From assembly GCA_046484255.1 (NCBI GenBank), contig JAWOBQ010000028.1:1-27066 (forward strand): a stretch of DNA of 27,066 bases. Reading direction: 5' to 3'. Every line of letters begins with the position of its first letter. The first letter of the stretch is position 1. This document shows positions 8,175 through 17,241 of this stretch, piece after piece. The notes below the pieces were generated by a model that saw nothing but the letters and a program-made list of their open reading frames with translations, had not been told where the DNA came from and did not search any database. A program made the position numbers and the translations under genes. Source of the stretch: Bacteroidales bacterium. Lineage in GTDB: Bacteria; Bacteroidota; Bacteroidia; Bacteroidales; PWNQ01.

Positions 8175-9056
8175 TCATCGATCAAGATACCTGATTATAT
8201 TTTTATATAAGGCATGGAACAATTTATCATATTCCTTGCTAACATCCACAAATAAATTTCCTTTAGAATAATGTGCGGCCAATTGCCGGTCGAAAGGGAT
8301 CTCCATTAATACAGGCAAATTTTCCTGTTTCAAATAATCATATAACTTTTGCTGTCCGGATATTGCGCGGTTTATAACCACGCCGGCAGTTTTGTTTATT
8401 TTTTTCAGGGTCTGGGTCATTAGCTTAAGGTCGGAAAGGCCAAACGGTGTGGGTTCGGCCACGACAATTACAAAGTCTGCATCGTGGATAGTTTCTATAA
8501 CGGGACAAGAAGTACCGGGAGGGGAATCATAGATAACAATTTCTTTTTCGGGTGTTTGTTTTTTTAATTCGCGGATCACCGGTACAGCAAAAGGACTTCC
8601 GATCTCCAGCCGCCCTTCCCTTATGCTATGTTTTCCGGTTTGTAACAGATTGATCTGACCTAATTTTTTGTCATATTCCTGTATTGCATCATACCGGCAT
8701 GCCCATAAACACGCTCCACAACTTTTACATAAGTCGGGCATAACCTGAATATGCGAAATGTCCTTAACGAACATAATCGCATTAAAGGCACAAATTTTGG
8801 CACAATCGCCACAATATGTACATCGGGTTTTATTAATCCGTGGGATAAGGGCATTGACATCCATCAGATGTTCAGGTTTTCCCGGGAAAAACAACTGAGC
8901 ATTGGGTTCTTCCACATCGCAATCCGAAAGGGTAACAGCCTGGGCATTTAATTTTTTAATGGCAGCAAAAAGGTTCACGGCTACGGTCGTTTTCCCAGTT
9001 CCGCCTTTTCCACTGGCTACAGCGATCTTTATGTTTGGGTGCCTATTCTGTCCCAT
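8175..9056 (-). CDS. MinD/ParA-superfamily P-loop ATPase with inserted 2x[4Fe-4S] ferredoxin domain (first paralogue)
   Basis: ASGKGGTGKTT, DCDVEEPN, CTYCGDCAKICA, CKSCGACLWAC, DSPPGTSCPV and EPTPFGLSDL. Confidence 0.92.
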   Translation of the reverse strand: MGQNRHPNIKIAVASGKGGTGKTTVAVNLFAAIKKLNAQAVTLSDCDVEEPNAQLFFPGKPEHLMDVNALIPRINKTRCTYCGDCAKICAFNAIMFVKDISHIQVMPDLCKSCGACLWACRYDAIQEYDKKLGQINLLQTGKHSIREGRLEIGSPFAVPVIRELKKQTPEKEIVIYDSPPGTSCPVIETIHDADFVIVVAEPTPFGLSDLKLMTQTLKKINKTAGVVINRAISGQQKLYDYLKQENLPVLMEIPFDRQLAAHYSKGNLFVDVSKEYDKLFHALYKNIIRYLDR

Positions 9057-9059
9057 TTA

Positions 9060-9395
9060 TTAATGATCACAAAGGTTTTCCCCGGTTTCCAGCCGGCTAA
9101 GCATCAATTCTTCTACAGCTTGCTTTGCAGGGCGGGGCTCCACGCCCAGGCGAACCTGAATGCCATTTTGTTCAAAAATGACTTTTGCTTTTTGGCCCAT
9201 ACCTCCGGCAATTATTTCGGTCACTCCAAGCTCATGCAGCCACTTTGGATAAACGCCCGGCTGATGCAACGGCGGTTCCAGTCTCTCTTCCCTGATAATG
9301 CTGTCATTTTCTATGGTAATGATCACAAAGGCTTCACATTGTCCAAAATGCGGACATAACACTCCCTTAATAGTTGGAATAGCTATTTTCTTCAT
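9060..9395 (-). CDS. NifB/NifX family (FeMo-cofactor-binding-like, MTH1175-type) protein
   Basis: Likely start MKKIAIPT at 9395 (the track ORF extends to 9419). LCPHFGQCEAF, IIAGGMGQKA and C-terminal GENLCDH. Confidence 0.88.
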   Translation of the reverse strand: MKKIAIPTIKGVLCPHFGQCEAFVIITIENDSIIREERLEPPLHQPGVYPKWLHELGVTEIIAGGMGQKAKVIFEQNGIQVRLGVEPRPAKQAVEELMLSRLETGENLCDH

Positions 9396-9450
9396 AATAA
9401 TTTGTTTAATAAAGGGCAACCCGGAAGATCCGGGTTACCTTTTGCTGATT

Positions 9451-9699
9451 TTACTTGTTCCCAAAGCGGTTTCCTTCCCCCATACCTCTTCCGGGACGAT
9501 TACCACGCCTGCGCGCGGCTCTTCCACCCCGGAATCCTCGCGCCAGACCCAAACCACGCGCCAATAAACCCTGCCGGGCCTTTCTGTTTTCCTGTAGTTC
9601 TTCTTCTGCCTGAGCTTTGGTTTCAGGGTTGCATAACCCTTCTTTGCGTCCGGTCATCGGGCCTTCACCCGTTGGACCTGTTCTGTCATAATTTGGCAT
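9451..9699 (-). CDS. DUF5320-like small Gly/Arg-rich protein
   Basis: Likely start MPNYDRTGPTGEGPMTGRKEGLC at 9699, followed by a GLGLARGFRGGR...GRGMG tail. Confidence 0.8.
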   Translation of the reverse strand: MPNYDRTGPTGEGPMTGRKEGLCNPETKAQAEEELQENRKARQGLLARGLGLARGFRGGRAARRRGNRPGRGMGEGNRFGNK

Positions 9700-9731
9700 A
9701 ATACTCATGTTTTTTAGTTCGTGAATCAAAG

Positions 9732-10148
9732 TTAGTTCTTGAATTTATTTATTAAAGATTCCAGGCTTTCCTCCTTAGAATCTAAGGTAACCATTTCGAT
9801 ATTCAAAGCATTAAGTGCATCGGCAGCTTTCGGGCCGAAATCCCCGGAGATTATTTTGCAAACTCCGCGCCCGGCCAACAACTGAGCCGCCATAGGCCCC
9901 GCACCTCCTGAAGCATCTTTGCCGGGGTTCTCTATAAAATCTACCTGCCCGCTTGCCGGATCATAAAGCATAAAATAATTGCATCTCCCAAAACGTAAGT
10001 CCATCAAGCTTTCCCGGCTGGCTTTTTCGGCACTTACCGCCAATATGCCTTTGCCGGAAACAGGTTCAAACCCACGCAAATCACGCCGATGCCCTTTACC
10101 AAAACCTTCCCCCCGGAAACCTTTTTCTTTTGAGCTCTTGTTTGTCAT
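9732..10148 (-). CDS. NifB/NifX family protein, Orange-protein (ORP)-like
   Basis: MDLRFGRCNYF, NPGKDASGGAGPMAAQLL and ISGDFGPKAADAL. Likely start MTNKSS at 10148 (the track ORF extends to 10175). Confidence 0.88.
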   Translation of the reverse strand: MTNKSSKEKGFRGEGFGKGHRRDLRGFEPVSGKGILAVSAEKASRESLMDLRFGRCNYFMLYDPASGQVDFIENPGKDASGGAGPMAAQLLAGRGVCKIISGDFGPKAADALNALNIEMVTLDSKEESLESLINKFKN

Positions 10149-10200
10149 CCTGATCAAGTTTAAATGATTATACAATGTTTTTTATCTGATTCTTAAATCG

Positions 10201-10611
10201 CTATTCCACTAATGGATTGATATGCCGCGTATCATGCCCGCCGCAAACAGCACAAATATTCTGCTTCTTTTTGCTCGTCTTAAATACCGAATGACAATGG
10301 CCGCAACGATACCACTCATCATCAAAATGTACATTCCCTCCTTCAATGATCAAAGAACGGGTTTCATTTAGCATTACAGCCAGCTTTTTTAACGCCCGGT
10401 CATAGATCCGTGTAAATGTAGGCCTTGAAACATCCATGATCTCAGCCGCTTTGTCCTGAGAAAGTTTATTATAATCCGCCAAACGGATCGCTTCATATTC
10501 TTCATATAATAACTTTACCGGATTATCTACCGCTTTTGGTATGCCAAAAGGCCTGTAACCTCGAACCCCGGGAGGGTTCATCATCTTTCGTCTGCGCTTT
10601 GGTCGGGGCAT
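10201..10611 (-). CDS. DUF134 family predicted DNA-binding protein with C-terminal Zn-ribbon
   Basis: MPRPKRRR, EEYEAIRLAD, SQDKAAEIMDVSRPTFTRI (HTH), ALKKLA...IIEGG, CGHC...CAVC. Confidence 0.9.
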   Translation of the reverse strand: MPRPKRRRKMMNPPGVRGYRPFGIPKAVDNPVKLLYEEYEAIRLADYNKLSQDKAAEIMDVSRPTFTRIYDRALKKLAVMLNETRSLIIEGGNVHFDDEWYRCGHCHSVFKTSKKKQNICAVCGGHDTRHINPLVE

Positions 10612-10627
10612 AACTATTATTTTTCTG

Positions 10628-10659
10628 CAAAGATAATGAACATTTGTTCATAACGCAAG
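10628..10659 (-). promoter_or_regulatory. Bacteroidota sigma70-type promoter of the DUF134 cluster with internal palindromic operator
   Basis: On the minus strand: CTTG, 20 nt, TATCTTTG (-33/-7). The spacer contains ATGAACA-AA-TGTTCAT (plus strand 10636-10651). Confidence 0.75.
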
Positions 10660-10786
10660 CAAAAAACAATATTTTTTATGCATTTGCATGTAAAAGCCAC
10701 TCAATTGGGCTATGCCAAGCGGATTTAGTGAAGGGGAACAGCTTTTGGGAATCAGGGGAAGAAGACCTGCAGCCTGTTTTGGAGGC

Positions 10787-13087
10787 TCATTGATTAAGAT
10801 ATTGACCGATCAATTCAATAAGATCTTCTTTTGTAATGGGTTTAGCGATATAGTTATCACAGCCGGCATCCAGGCATTTTGCCCGGTCACTGCTAAAGGC
10901 ATAAGCGGTCTGTGCGATAATGGGAAGTTTAATATCCTTGTTTCTCAAATATTTGGTAACATCCAATCCATCCATATCCGGTAGCTGGATATCCATTAGG
11001 ATCAGTTTTATGTCCGGGTTGTTCCGGAGCATTTCGAACACCTCTTCACCTTTTGTGGCTCTACTCACTTTCAGGTTATAGCGTTTTAAAACCTTGTCGT
11101 AATAGAAAAAATTCACATCATCATCTTCAACGATAAGAATATGTTTTCCGAGGAAATCCATTTTGTCGGTATGTTTTTCAGTTTTTCTCATTTCATTTTC
11201 ATGTTTTTCACATGGTTTATAATCAATAGTAAAGTAAAAGGTACTTCCTTTTCCGGGTGTGGAGTCGAACCATATTTCTCCGTCCATCATTTCCACGCAG
11301 GCTTTGGAAATTGACAATCCCAGGCCGGTCCCTTCATAGCGTTTTTCAGAGCTATCATACGCCTGGTAGAATCGTTTAAAGACAAGCTCTTTCTGTTTTT
11401 CTCCTATGCCGATACCAGTATCTTTCACATAAAAAAGTAAGCTGGAATGTTCTGGTTTGCAACCGAATTCGATACTTCCTTCTTCAGTATATTTGGCGGC
11501 ATTTTGCAGAAGATTGATAAGCACCTGGCGTAAGCGTGTTTTATCGGTAATCGCACAAATATTTTGTTCTGGCGCTTTACAAATTAGCTGCAGATGAGAC
11601 TTTCCTTTATTTTCCAGTTCATTACTTAAAATATTATTCAGTTCGATAAGCATTGAATTAACTTCAGTACTTTCCAGTTCCAGGGATGTATGGCCCGCAT
11701 CGATTTTGGAGATATCAATGATATCATTGATAAGATTAAGCAGGTGGCTTCCGCTGGAAGCAATAAAACCGGCATATTCCTTAACCTCATTGGTGTCCAG
11801 ATATTCTTCCAGGATAAGATCAGCAAATCCTACGATTGCATTCATAGGGGTTCGGATTTCATGGCTCATATTGGCAAGGAAGAGCGATTTAAGGCGTTCC
11901 CCTTCCTGAGCTTTTTCTTTGGCGTTTATTAGTTCCTGTTCATTTTCGATGCGTTTAGTGATATCACGATAATGCCAAAGCATTTCCGTTTTCCGGTTTT
12001 CCATTTGTACCGGTACAAAATCCCGTTCAAATACACGACCATCCTTTAAATAAAACACTTCATTCAAGACCGTTTTTCCCTTTGCAATGTTCTCATTGGT
12101 ACGAGTAATAAAATCCTCTTCTTTTGTAAAAAAAGCTTTAGCTTGTTCGGCCAACTCCCGGCAATTTTCTCCCTCTAACGATTCCGGGCTCAGGTTTATG
12201 CCGAATAAATCACAAAATTGCCGGTTCACCTTATATATTTCCCTTTGGGGGGTTTCTATCAATATCCCGCCGGGGATATTAGACAACAAGGCCGATAAGC
12301 GATAGGTTTCGTTTTTATAGTTGTTCCGGCTATCCTCAAGCGCATGCTCCATTTGTTTACGCTTGTCTATATTGATCAAGATGCCTTGGATCCCAACGAG
12401 CTTGTCTTTCTTATATATGGGTTTGGCATTGGTCTGAATCCATACTACCTTACCGCTTTTCGTTATAAACCGGTATTCGGATGGCGCAGAGTAGCCCGCC
12501 AGTACTCTCTGAAAGTTCTTTATTCTTCCGGATAAATCTTCCGGATAAACCAGCTCCGTAAAACTGCGGCCAATTAAATAATCCGGCGAATAACCGCTGA
12601 TAAGCTCTACATTCGGCGATATATATGTTATAATAGCGTTAATGTCAAGCTTATATACAACCTCGTTCATGTTTTCCACCAACTCCCGGTAGTTTTGTTC
12701 ACTATACGCCAGCTTTTTTTCAGCTTGTTTCTGTGCGGAAACATCATAAAAAACGGTTGCAATATGCGACTTTCCTACAGCATAGACCTGCACTTTATAC
12801 CAACGTTCAAGATGTTCAAAATAATGTTCATGGTCCTTAATCCCGCCGTTTATCGCAATTTCTTCAAAATGATTCAGACATAAAGAATTTTTCCATTTTA
12901 TTCCAGAAAACAATGTACTTACTTTTTCCCCCTTTACCTTTTCAATGCCTGTGATGCTTTTATAAACCGGATTTACTTCGATATACTCATAATCTTCCGG
13001 CTTCCCCTGCTCATCCCGGATCACTTTGAGACAAGCATAACCAAAAGGCGCATTATCTATAACAGACTGATATATGCTGTTTTCCAT
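10787..13087 (-). CDS. Cytoplasmic PAS-domain hybrid sensor histidine kinase/response regulator
   Basis: Three PAS-like repeats, H-box FLANMSHEIRTPMNAI, N box NLLQNAAKYT, G boxes DTGIGI / GTGLGL / GKGSTF, and C-terminal receiver (IVEDD, LMDIQLP, QTA, AKP). No TM helix is evident. Confidence 0.95.
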   Translation of the reverse strand: MENSIYQSVIDNAPFGYACLKVIRDEQGKPEDYEYIEVNPVYKSITGIEKVKGEKVSTLFSGIKWKNSLCLNHFEEIAINGGIKDHEHYFEHLERWYKVQVYAVGKSHIATVFYDVSAQKQAEKKLAYSEQNYRELVENMNEVVYKLDINAIITYISPNVELISGYSPDYLIGRSFTELVYPEDLSGRIKNFQRVLAGYSAPSEYRFITKSGKVVWIQTNAKPIYKKDKLVGIQGILINIDKRKQMEHALEDSRNNYKNETYRLSALLSNIPGGILIETPQREIYKVNRQFCDLFGINLSPESLEGENCRELAEQAKAFFTKEEDFITRTNENIAKGKTVLNEVFYLKDGRVFERDFVPVQMENRKTEMLWHYRDITKRIENEQELINAKEKAQEGERLKSLFLANMSHEIRTPMNAIVGFADLILEEYLDTNEVKEYAGFIASSGSHLLNLINDIIDISKIDAGHTSLELESTEVNSMLIELNNILSNELENKGKSHLQLICKAPEQNICAITDKTRLRQVLINLLQNAAKYTEEGSIEFGCKPEHSSLLFYVKDTGIGIGEKQKELVFKRFYQAYDSSEKRYEGTGLGLSISKACVEMMDGEIWFDSTPGKGSTFYFTIDYKPCEKHENEMRKTEKHTDKMDFLGKHILIVEDDDVNFFYYDKVLKRYNLKVSRATKGEEVFEMLRNNPDIKLILMDIQLPDMDGLDVTKYLRNKDIKLPIIAQTAYAFSSDRAKCLDAGCDNYIAKPITKEDLIELIGQYLNQ

Positions 13088-13162
13088 ATGTAAAAGTTTG
13101 TGCTAAAGTAATAAAATCAATTGGACCATACGTATATAACGATGAAATGTATAAAAAATTTA

Positions 13163-13293
13163 GAGGCTGGTCGAAAACACAAAATTTATTAAACCCTAAA
13201 GGGTGAAGACGCTGAAAATCAGACTCCCTTTAGGGATGGGGTAAAGCTGATTTTTAGCGGCTGTGATACATTTAGTGTTTTTAGACCGGACTC
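13163..13293. mobile_element. MITE, long form (131 bp)
   Basis: Imperfect TIRs gaggctggtcgaaaacac...gtgtttttagaccggactc; about 100 bp are near-identical to the reverse complement of the 21988-22139 copy. Flanks are aattta/aagtaa. Confidence 0.8.
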
Positions 13294-13359
13294 AAGTAAT
13301 GTATTAAAATTATAAACAGATGAAAACTTTTATATATTTTTGACATCTGTTTGAACCTT

Positions 13360-13398
13360 GAGTCCGGGTTCTAAAAAGGCTATTGTGATTTTCAGCGA
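13360..13398. mobile_element. Solo MITE end
   Basis: gagtccgggttctaaaaaggctattgtgattttcagcg resembles one end of the MITE family; no partner end was found. Confidence 0.55.
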
Positions 13399-13466
13399 TT
13401 GCAAATCATAAATGTTTATATCTGACTCACATTTATTAATTCAGGGAACCCCAAAAATTTATACAT

Positions 13467-16400
13467 ATGCACAAGTTCTTATTGATGGTTACGGCCATAT
13501 TATTTTCGTTTGCTTTGATGTCTCAGGAGGGCACTGCTTTGCTTCGGTTTCCGGACATTCATCAAAACAAGATCGTATTCACGTATGCAGGAGACTTGTA
13601 TACAGTGGGCACAGAGGGTGGCACCGCCCGCAAGCTGACTGCTTTTGACGGTTATGAGATGTTTGCCCGTTTTTCTCCTGACGGCAGCCAATTAGCTTTT
13701 ACGGCTGAATACGACGGCAACCGTGAGGTATATATCATGCCCTCCGGCGGAGGGGAGCCCGAACGTATGACATATACGGCAAATCTTCAGCGTGATGATG
13801 TTTCCGACCGGATGGGTCCCAACAACATAGTTATGGAATGGAAACCTAACGGGAAGGAGGTGGTATTCCGTTCCCGGAAACAGTCGTTTAACGCGTTTGT
13901 GGGTCAGTTATTCAGTATTTCTACTGATGGAGGGATGGAAACGCAGCTTCCGGTACCGCGGGGTGGTTTTTTGTCGTTCAATGAAGATGGTTCAAAGATG
14001 GCTTATAACCGGGTTTTTCGTGAGTTCCGCACCTGGAAATATTATCGTGGTGGAATGGCTGATGAGATCTGGATCCATGATTTTGAAAGTGGGGAGACCA
14101 AAGCCATTACCGATCATGTAGCCCAGGATATCATCCCCATGTGGCATAAGAACACCATTTATTTCATTTCCGACCGCGACCGCACCATGAATCTCTATGC
14201 CTATGATCTGGACACGGAAGAGTTGCGTAAGCTCACAACCTTCACCGATTATGACATTAAGTTTCCTGCCCTTGGAGAAGAGTCGATTGTATTTGAAAAC
14301 GGAGGCTATATTTATCGTTTTGACATAGCCAGCGAGACGTACGACCGGCTTGAAATACACATCCGGGATGATCGTGAGCGAGGGCGTCAGGATTGGGTAG
14401 ATGCATCCGAATATATTAACAATGCCCATGTTTCTCCGGACGGCAAGCGCGCCGTATTTGGTGCCCGTGGTGATATCTTTACGGTTCCGGCTGAAAACGG
14501 GATCACCCGAAACCTGACACAAAGCTCCGGAGCACACGACCGCAACGCGAAATGGTCGCCCGATGGCCGGCATATCGCTTATATTTCCGATAAATCCGGA
14601 GAATATGAATTGTATATCATCGAACAAGACGGAAGCGAAACAGCTATACAGTTAACCGAAGATGCAGAAACCTATAAGTTTAAACTGGCCTGGTCGCCCG
14701 ACAGTAAGAAACTGTTGTGGAATGATAAAAAAATGCGGTTGCGCTATATTGATATAAATTCACAAGAAATAACACAGGTAGCGGAATCTCAAAAATGGGA
14801 GATCACAAATTTTGACTGGTCGCCGGACAGCAAGTGGATCGCGTATGCAGACCGTGCTATGAATGAAATGTCACAGATCTTTCTGTATAATACCGATGAA
14901 GGAGAAAACCATGAAGTTACCGGCACATGGTATAGCTCCACTTCGCCGGAATTCAGTGAAGGGGGAAAGTATCTGTATTTTGTTTCCAAACGCTCATTCT
15001 CTCCGATCTACAGTGAAACCGAATGGAATCATGCTTATCGCGATATGTCAAAGATCTATTTAGTGACTTTAACGAAAGACACCCCCTCTCCTTTTGCACC
15101 GGAAAACGATGAAGTTACGGTACAGGAAGAGGATCAGCAGGAAGAAGACGGGAACAATACGGTGGAGATTGATATAGACGGCATTAAAGACCGTATCACT
15201 GCTTTTCCGGTGAAAGCTTCGAATTATGGCAGTTTGAGCGCGGCAGATAACAAGCTGTATTATAATGAACGCTCATACAGTGATTCCAAAACAAAGCTGA
15301 AGATGTTTGATCTGGAAAAGGAAGAAGAAGAAACATTAGGTCATGACATTAGTTTTTCCATTGCAGCCAGAGGCAAAAAAATGCTTGTAAAACAAAACAG
15401 TGATTATGCGATCGTATCGTTACCTTCATCGAAAATTGAACTTAAAGAGACGATGGACCTTTCAGGGATGAAGCTAATGGTAGACAAGCGGGCGGAATGG
15501 GAACAAATCTATGACGAGAGCTGGCGCCAAATGCGTGATTTCTTTTATGATCCCGGCATGCATGGGTTGGACTGGGAAGGAATACACAAAAAATACAAGC
15601 CATTGGTAAAACATGCCCGTAGTCGGCATGACCTGAACTATATAATTGGCGAGATGATCGGCGAGCTCAATGTAGGACATGCTTATGTGAATGGAGGCGA
15701 CAGCCGGAGTGTAGAAGAAATTTACACAGGTTTACTGGGGGCTGAATTTGAAAAAGATGCATCGGGTTACTTTAGGATCACTAAACTGTTGAGCGGCGAG
15801 AATTGGCGCAGCAACCTGCGTTCCCCTTTAACCGGGATCGGAGTTAACCTGGATGAGGGTGATTTCATTCTTGCCATCAACGGTAATTCCTTAACGGAGG
15901 TGGATAATATTTATAAGGCGCTACTGAATACTGCAGGAAAGTCTGTAGAGCTCCGGGTTAATAATGAAGCCACAGAAGAGGGAAGCCGCACGGTCATTGT
16001 CGAACCTGTAAAGGATGAGTCCAGACTTTACTATTTCAACTGGGTAAGAAGCAATATCGAACGGGTAAACGAAGCCACAGACGGGCAGGTTGGGTATATA
16101 CACATTCCCAACATGGTAGCGGAAGGCTTGAACGAATTTGCCAAATATTTTTATCCTCAGCTTGATAAAAAAGCGCTTATTATTGATGACCGCGGCAATG
16201 GAGGGGGTAATGTTTCACCTATGCTGATCGAACGGCTCAAACGGGAACTGACACGGGCGAGTATGGCCCGGAATGTAGAGGTTCCCGGTAACATTCCCCG
16301 TCAAATGATGCGTGGACCTAAAGTATTGCTGATCAACCAATATTCCGCTTCGGATGGGGATTTATTTCCTTATTCATTCAAAAAGCATGATATGGGAACG

Positions 16401-16694
16401 GTGATCGGTGTTCGTTCATGGGGAGGTGTCGTTGGCATACGGGGTTCTCTGCCGTTTATAGACGGCGCGGATATGCGAAAACCCGAATATGCTTCGTATT
16501 CTGCCGAAGAAAGAAAGTGGATAATTGAAGGGCACGGTGTAGAACCTGATCTTGTCGTGGAAAACGACCCGGCAAAAGAATTTGGCGGTGAAGACCAACA
16601 GCTGGAAAAGGCCATAGAAGTTATTCTGAAGCAATTGGACGAATACAAAGAGCTTCCTGAGATCCCGGAATTTCCCGATAAATCGGGGGAATAG
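13467..16694 (+). CDS. Tricorn protease homologue (S41 family peptidase), exported
   Basis: Signal peptide; LLRFPDI, beta-propeller repeats (FSPDG, WSPD), PDZ region, GYIHIPNM, IDDRGNGGG, catalytic SASDGDLF and RSWGGVVG. Confidence 0.95.
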   Translation: MHKFLLMVTAILFSFALMSQEGTALLRFPDIHQNKIVFTYAGDLYTVGTEGGTARKLTAFDGYEMFARFSPDGSQLAFTAEYDGNREVYIMPSGGGEPERMTYTANLQRDDVSDRMGPNNIVMEWKPNGKEVVFRSRKQSFNAFVGQLFSISTDGGMETQLPVPRGGFLSFNEDGSKMAYNRVFREFRTWKYYRGGMADEIWIHDFESGETKAITDHVAQDIIPMWHKNTIYFISDRDRTMNLYAYDLDTEELRKLTTFTDYDIKFPALGEESIVFENGGYIYRFDIASETYDRLEIHIRDDRERGRQDWVDASEYINNAHVSPDGKRAVFGARGDIFTVPAENGITRNLTQSSGAHDRNAKWSPDGRHIAYISDKSGEYELYIIEQDGSETAIQLTEDAETYKFKLAWSPDSKKLLWNDKKMRLRYIDINSQEITQVAESQKWEITNFDWSPDSKWIAYADRAMNEMSQIFLYNTDEGENHEVTGTWYSSTSPEFSEGGKYLYFVSKRSFSPIYSETEWNHAYRDMSKIYLVTLTKDTPSPFAPENDEVTVQEEDQQEEDGNNTVEIDIDGIKDRITAFPVKASNYGSLSAADNKLYYNERSYSDSKTKLKMFDLEKEEEETLGHDISFSIAARGKKMLVKQNSDYAIVSLPSSKIELKETMDLSGMKLMVDKRAEWEQIYDESWRQMRDFFYDPGMHGLDWEGIHKKYKPLVKHARSRHDLNYIIGEMIGELNVGHAYVNGGDSRSVEEIYTGLLGAEFEKDASGYFRITKLLSGENWRSNLRSPLTGIGVNLDEGDFILAINGNSLTEVDNIYKALLNTAGKSVELRVNNEATEEGSRTVIVEPVKDESRLYYFNWVRSNIERVNEATDGQVGYIHIPNMVAEGLNEFAKYFYPQLDKKALIIDDRGNGGGNVSPMLIERLKRELTRASMARNVEVPGNIPRQMMRGPKVLLINQYSASDGDLFPYSFKKHDMGTVIGVRSWGGVVGIRGSLPFIDGADMRKPEYASYSAEERKWIIEGHGVEPDLVVENDPAKEFGGEDQQLEKAIEVILKQLDEYKELPEIPEFPDKSGE

Positions 16695-16717
16695 CAGATA
16701 GTCCGTATTATTTTGTC

Positions 16718-16748
16718 AAAGGCTGTCCCCAAAAGGGCAGCCTTTTTT
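16718..16748. terminator. Intrinsic terminator between convergent genes
   Basis: aaaggctgtccc-caaa-agggcagccttttttat: GC stem with U-tract on the plus strand and a shorter one on the minus strand. Confidence 0.8.
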
Positions 16749-16797
16749 ATTTGTCAAAACATCATGCAGTGTTGAATAAATCTGGCCAGAACATATC

Positions 16798-17061
16798 CTA
16801 CCATTCGAAATTTATATCCGGCAGGGAAGAAAGATGAGTCGTAAAACGTTTTTCGCTGAACCCACGATCACTGGTTAGCTCATATGCCACACACTGAGCG
16901 ATAAGTTCACGGGCCTGGAAATCAGTGAACCCTTCCTCCGAAAGCCGCTTTAATGTGGAGCGTGTAATCTCCGGCTCTCCTTCTTCAAGATGAAGATCAA
17001 TAAGATCATCTATCTCAGCCATTAAATCCTGGTCTCCAATTGAAAAATCTGATTCCATCAC
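16798..17061 (-). CDS. Small acidic hypothetical protein (87 aa)
   Basis: Helical pattern GEPEITRSTLKRLSEEGFTDFQARELIAQCVAYEL; A-rich upstream region and TATTTTTG box at 17098-17105 (minus strand). No family assigned with confidence. Confidence 0.7.
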   Translation of the reverse strand: MMESDFSIGDQDLMAEIDDLIDLHLEEGEPEITRSTLKRLSEEGFTDFQARELIAQCVAYELTSDRGFSEKRFTTHLSSLPDINFEW

Positions 17062-17197
17062 AGTTTTTTTTTAGTTAATAACAGCACTAATATACCACAA
17101 AAATATATAATAAAGCTATTTGAAACGATTTATTTTTCTCTCATCAGAAAATTAAAAACGCATATCCGCTGAAAGGGTTAACGCCTTGCTGTAAAAG

Positions 17198-17230
17198 CAA
17201 AGATATAAGCATTTTTAATCGTGCAGCAAA
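17198..17230 (-). promoter_or_regulatory. Candidate sigma70-type promoter
   Basis: On the minus strand: TTTG, 21 nt, TATCTTTG, directly downstream of the ebfC stop. Confidence 0.5.
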
Positions 17231-17241
17231 CATTCATGATA

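Noticed and set aside
6774-10611. Nitrogen fixation interpretation of the NifB/NifX-family genes
   Set aside because: No nifHDK/ENB in the window; the ATPases are MinD-like with ferredoxin inserts, not NifH.
17150-17197. Small RNA from the 17198-17230 promoter ending at a U-run
   Set aside because: The predicted hairpin is weak with several mismatches; it is more simply a 5' leader.
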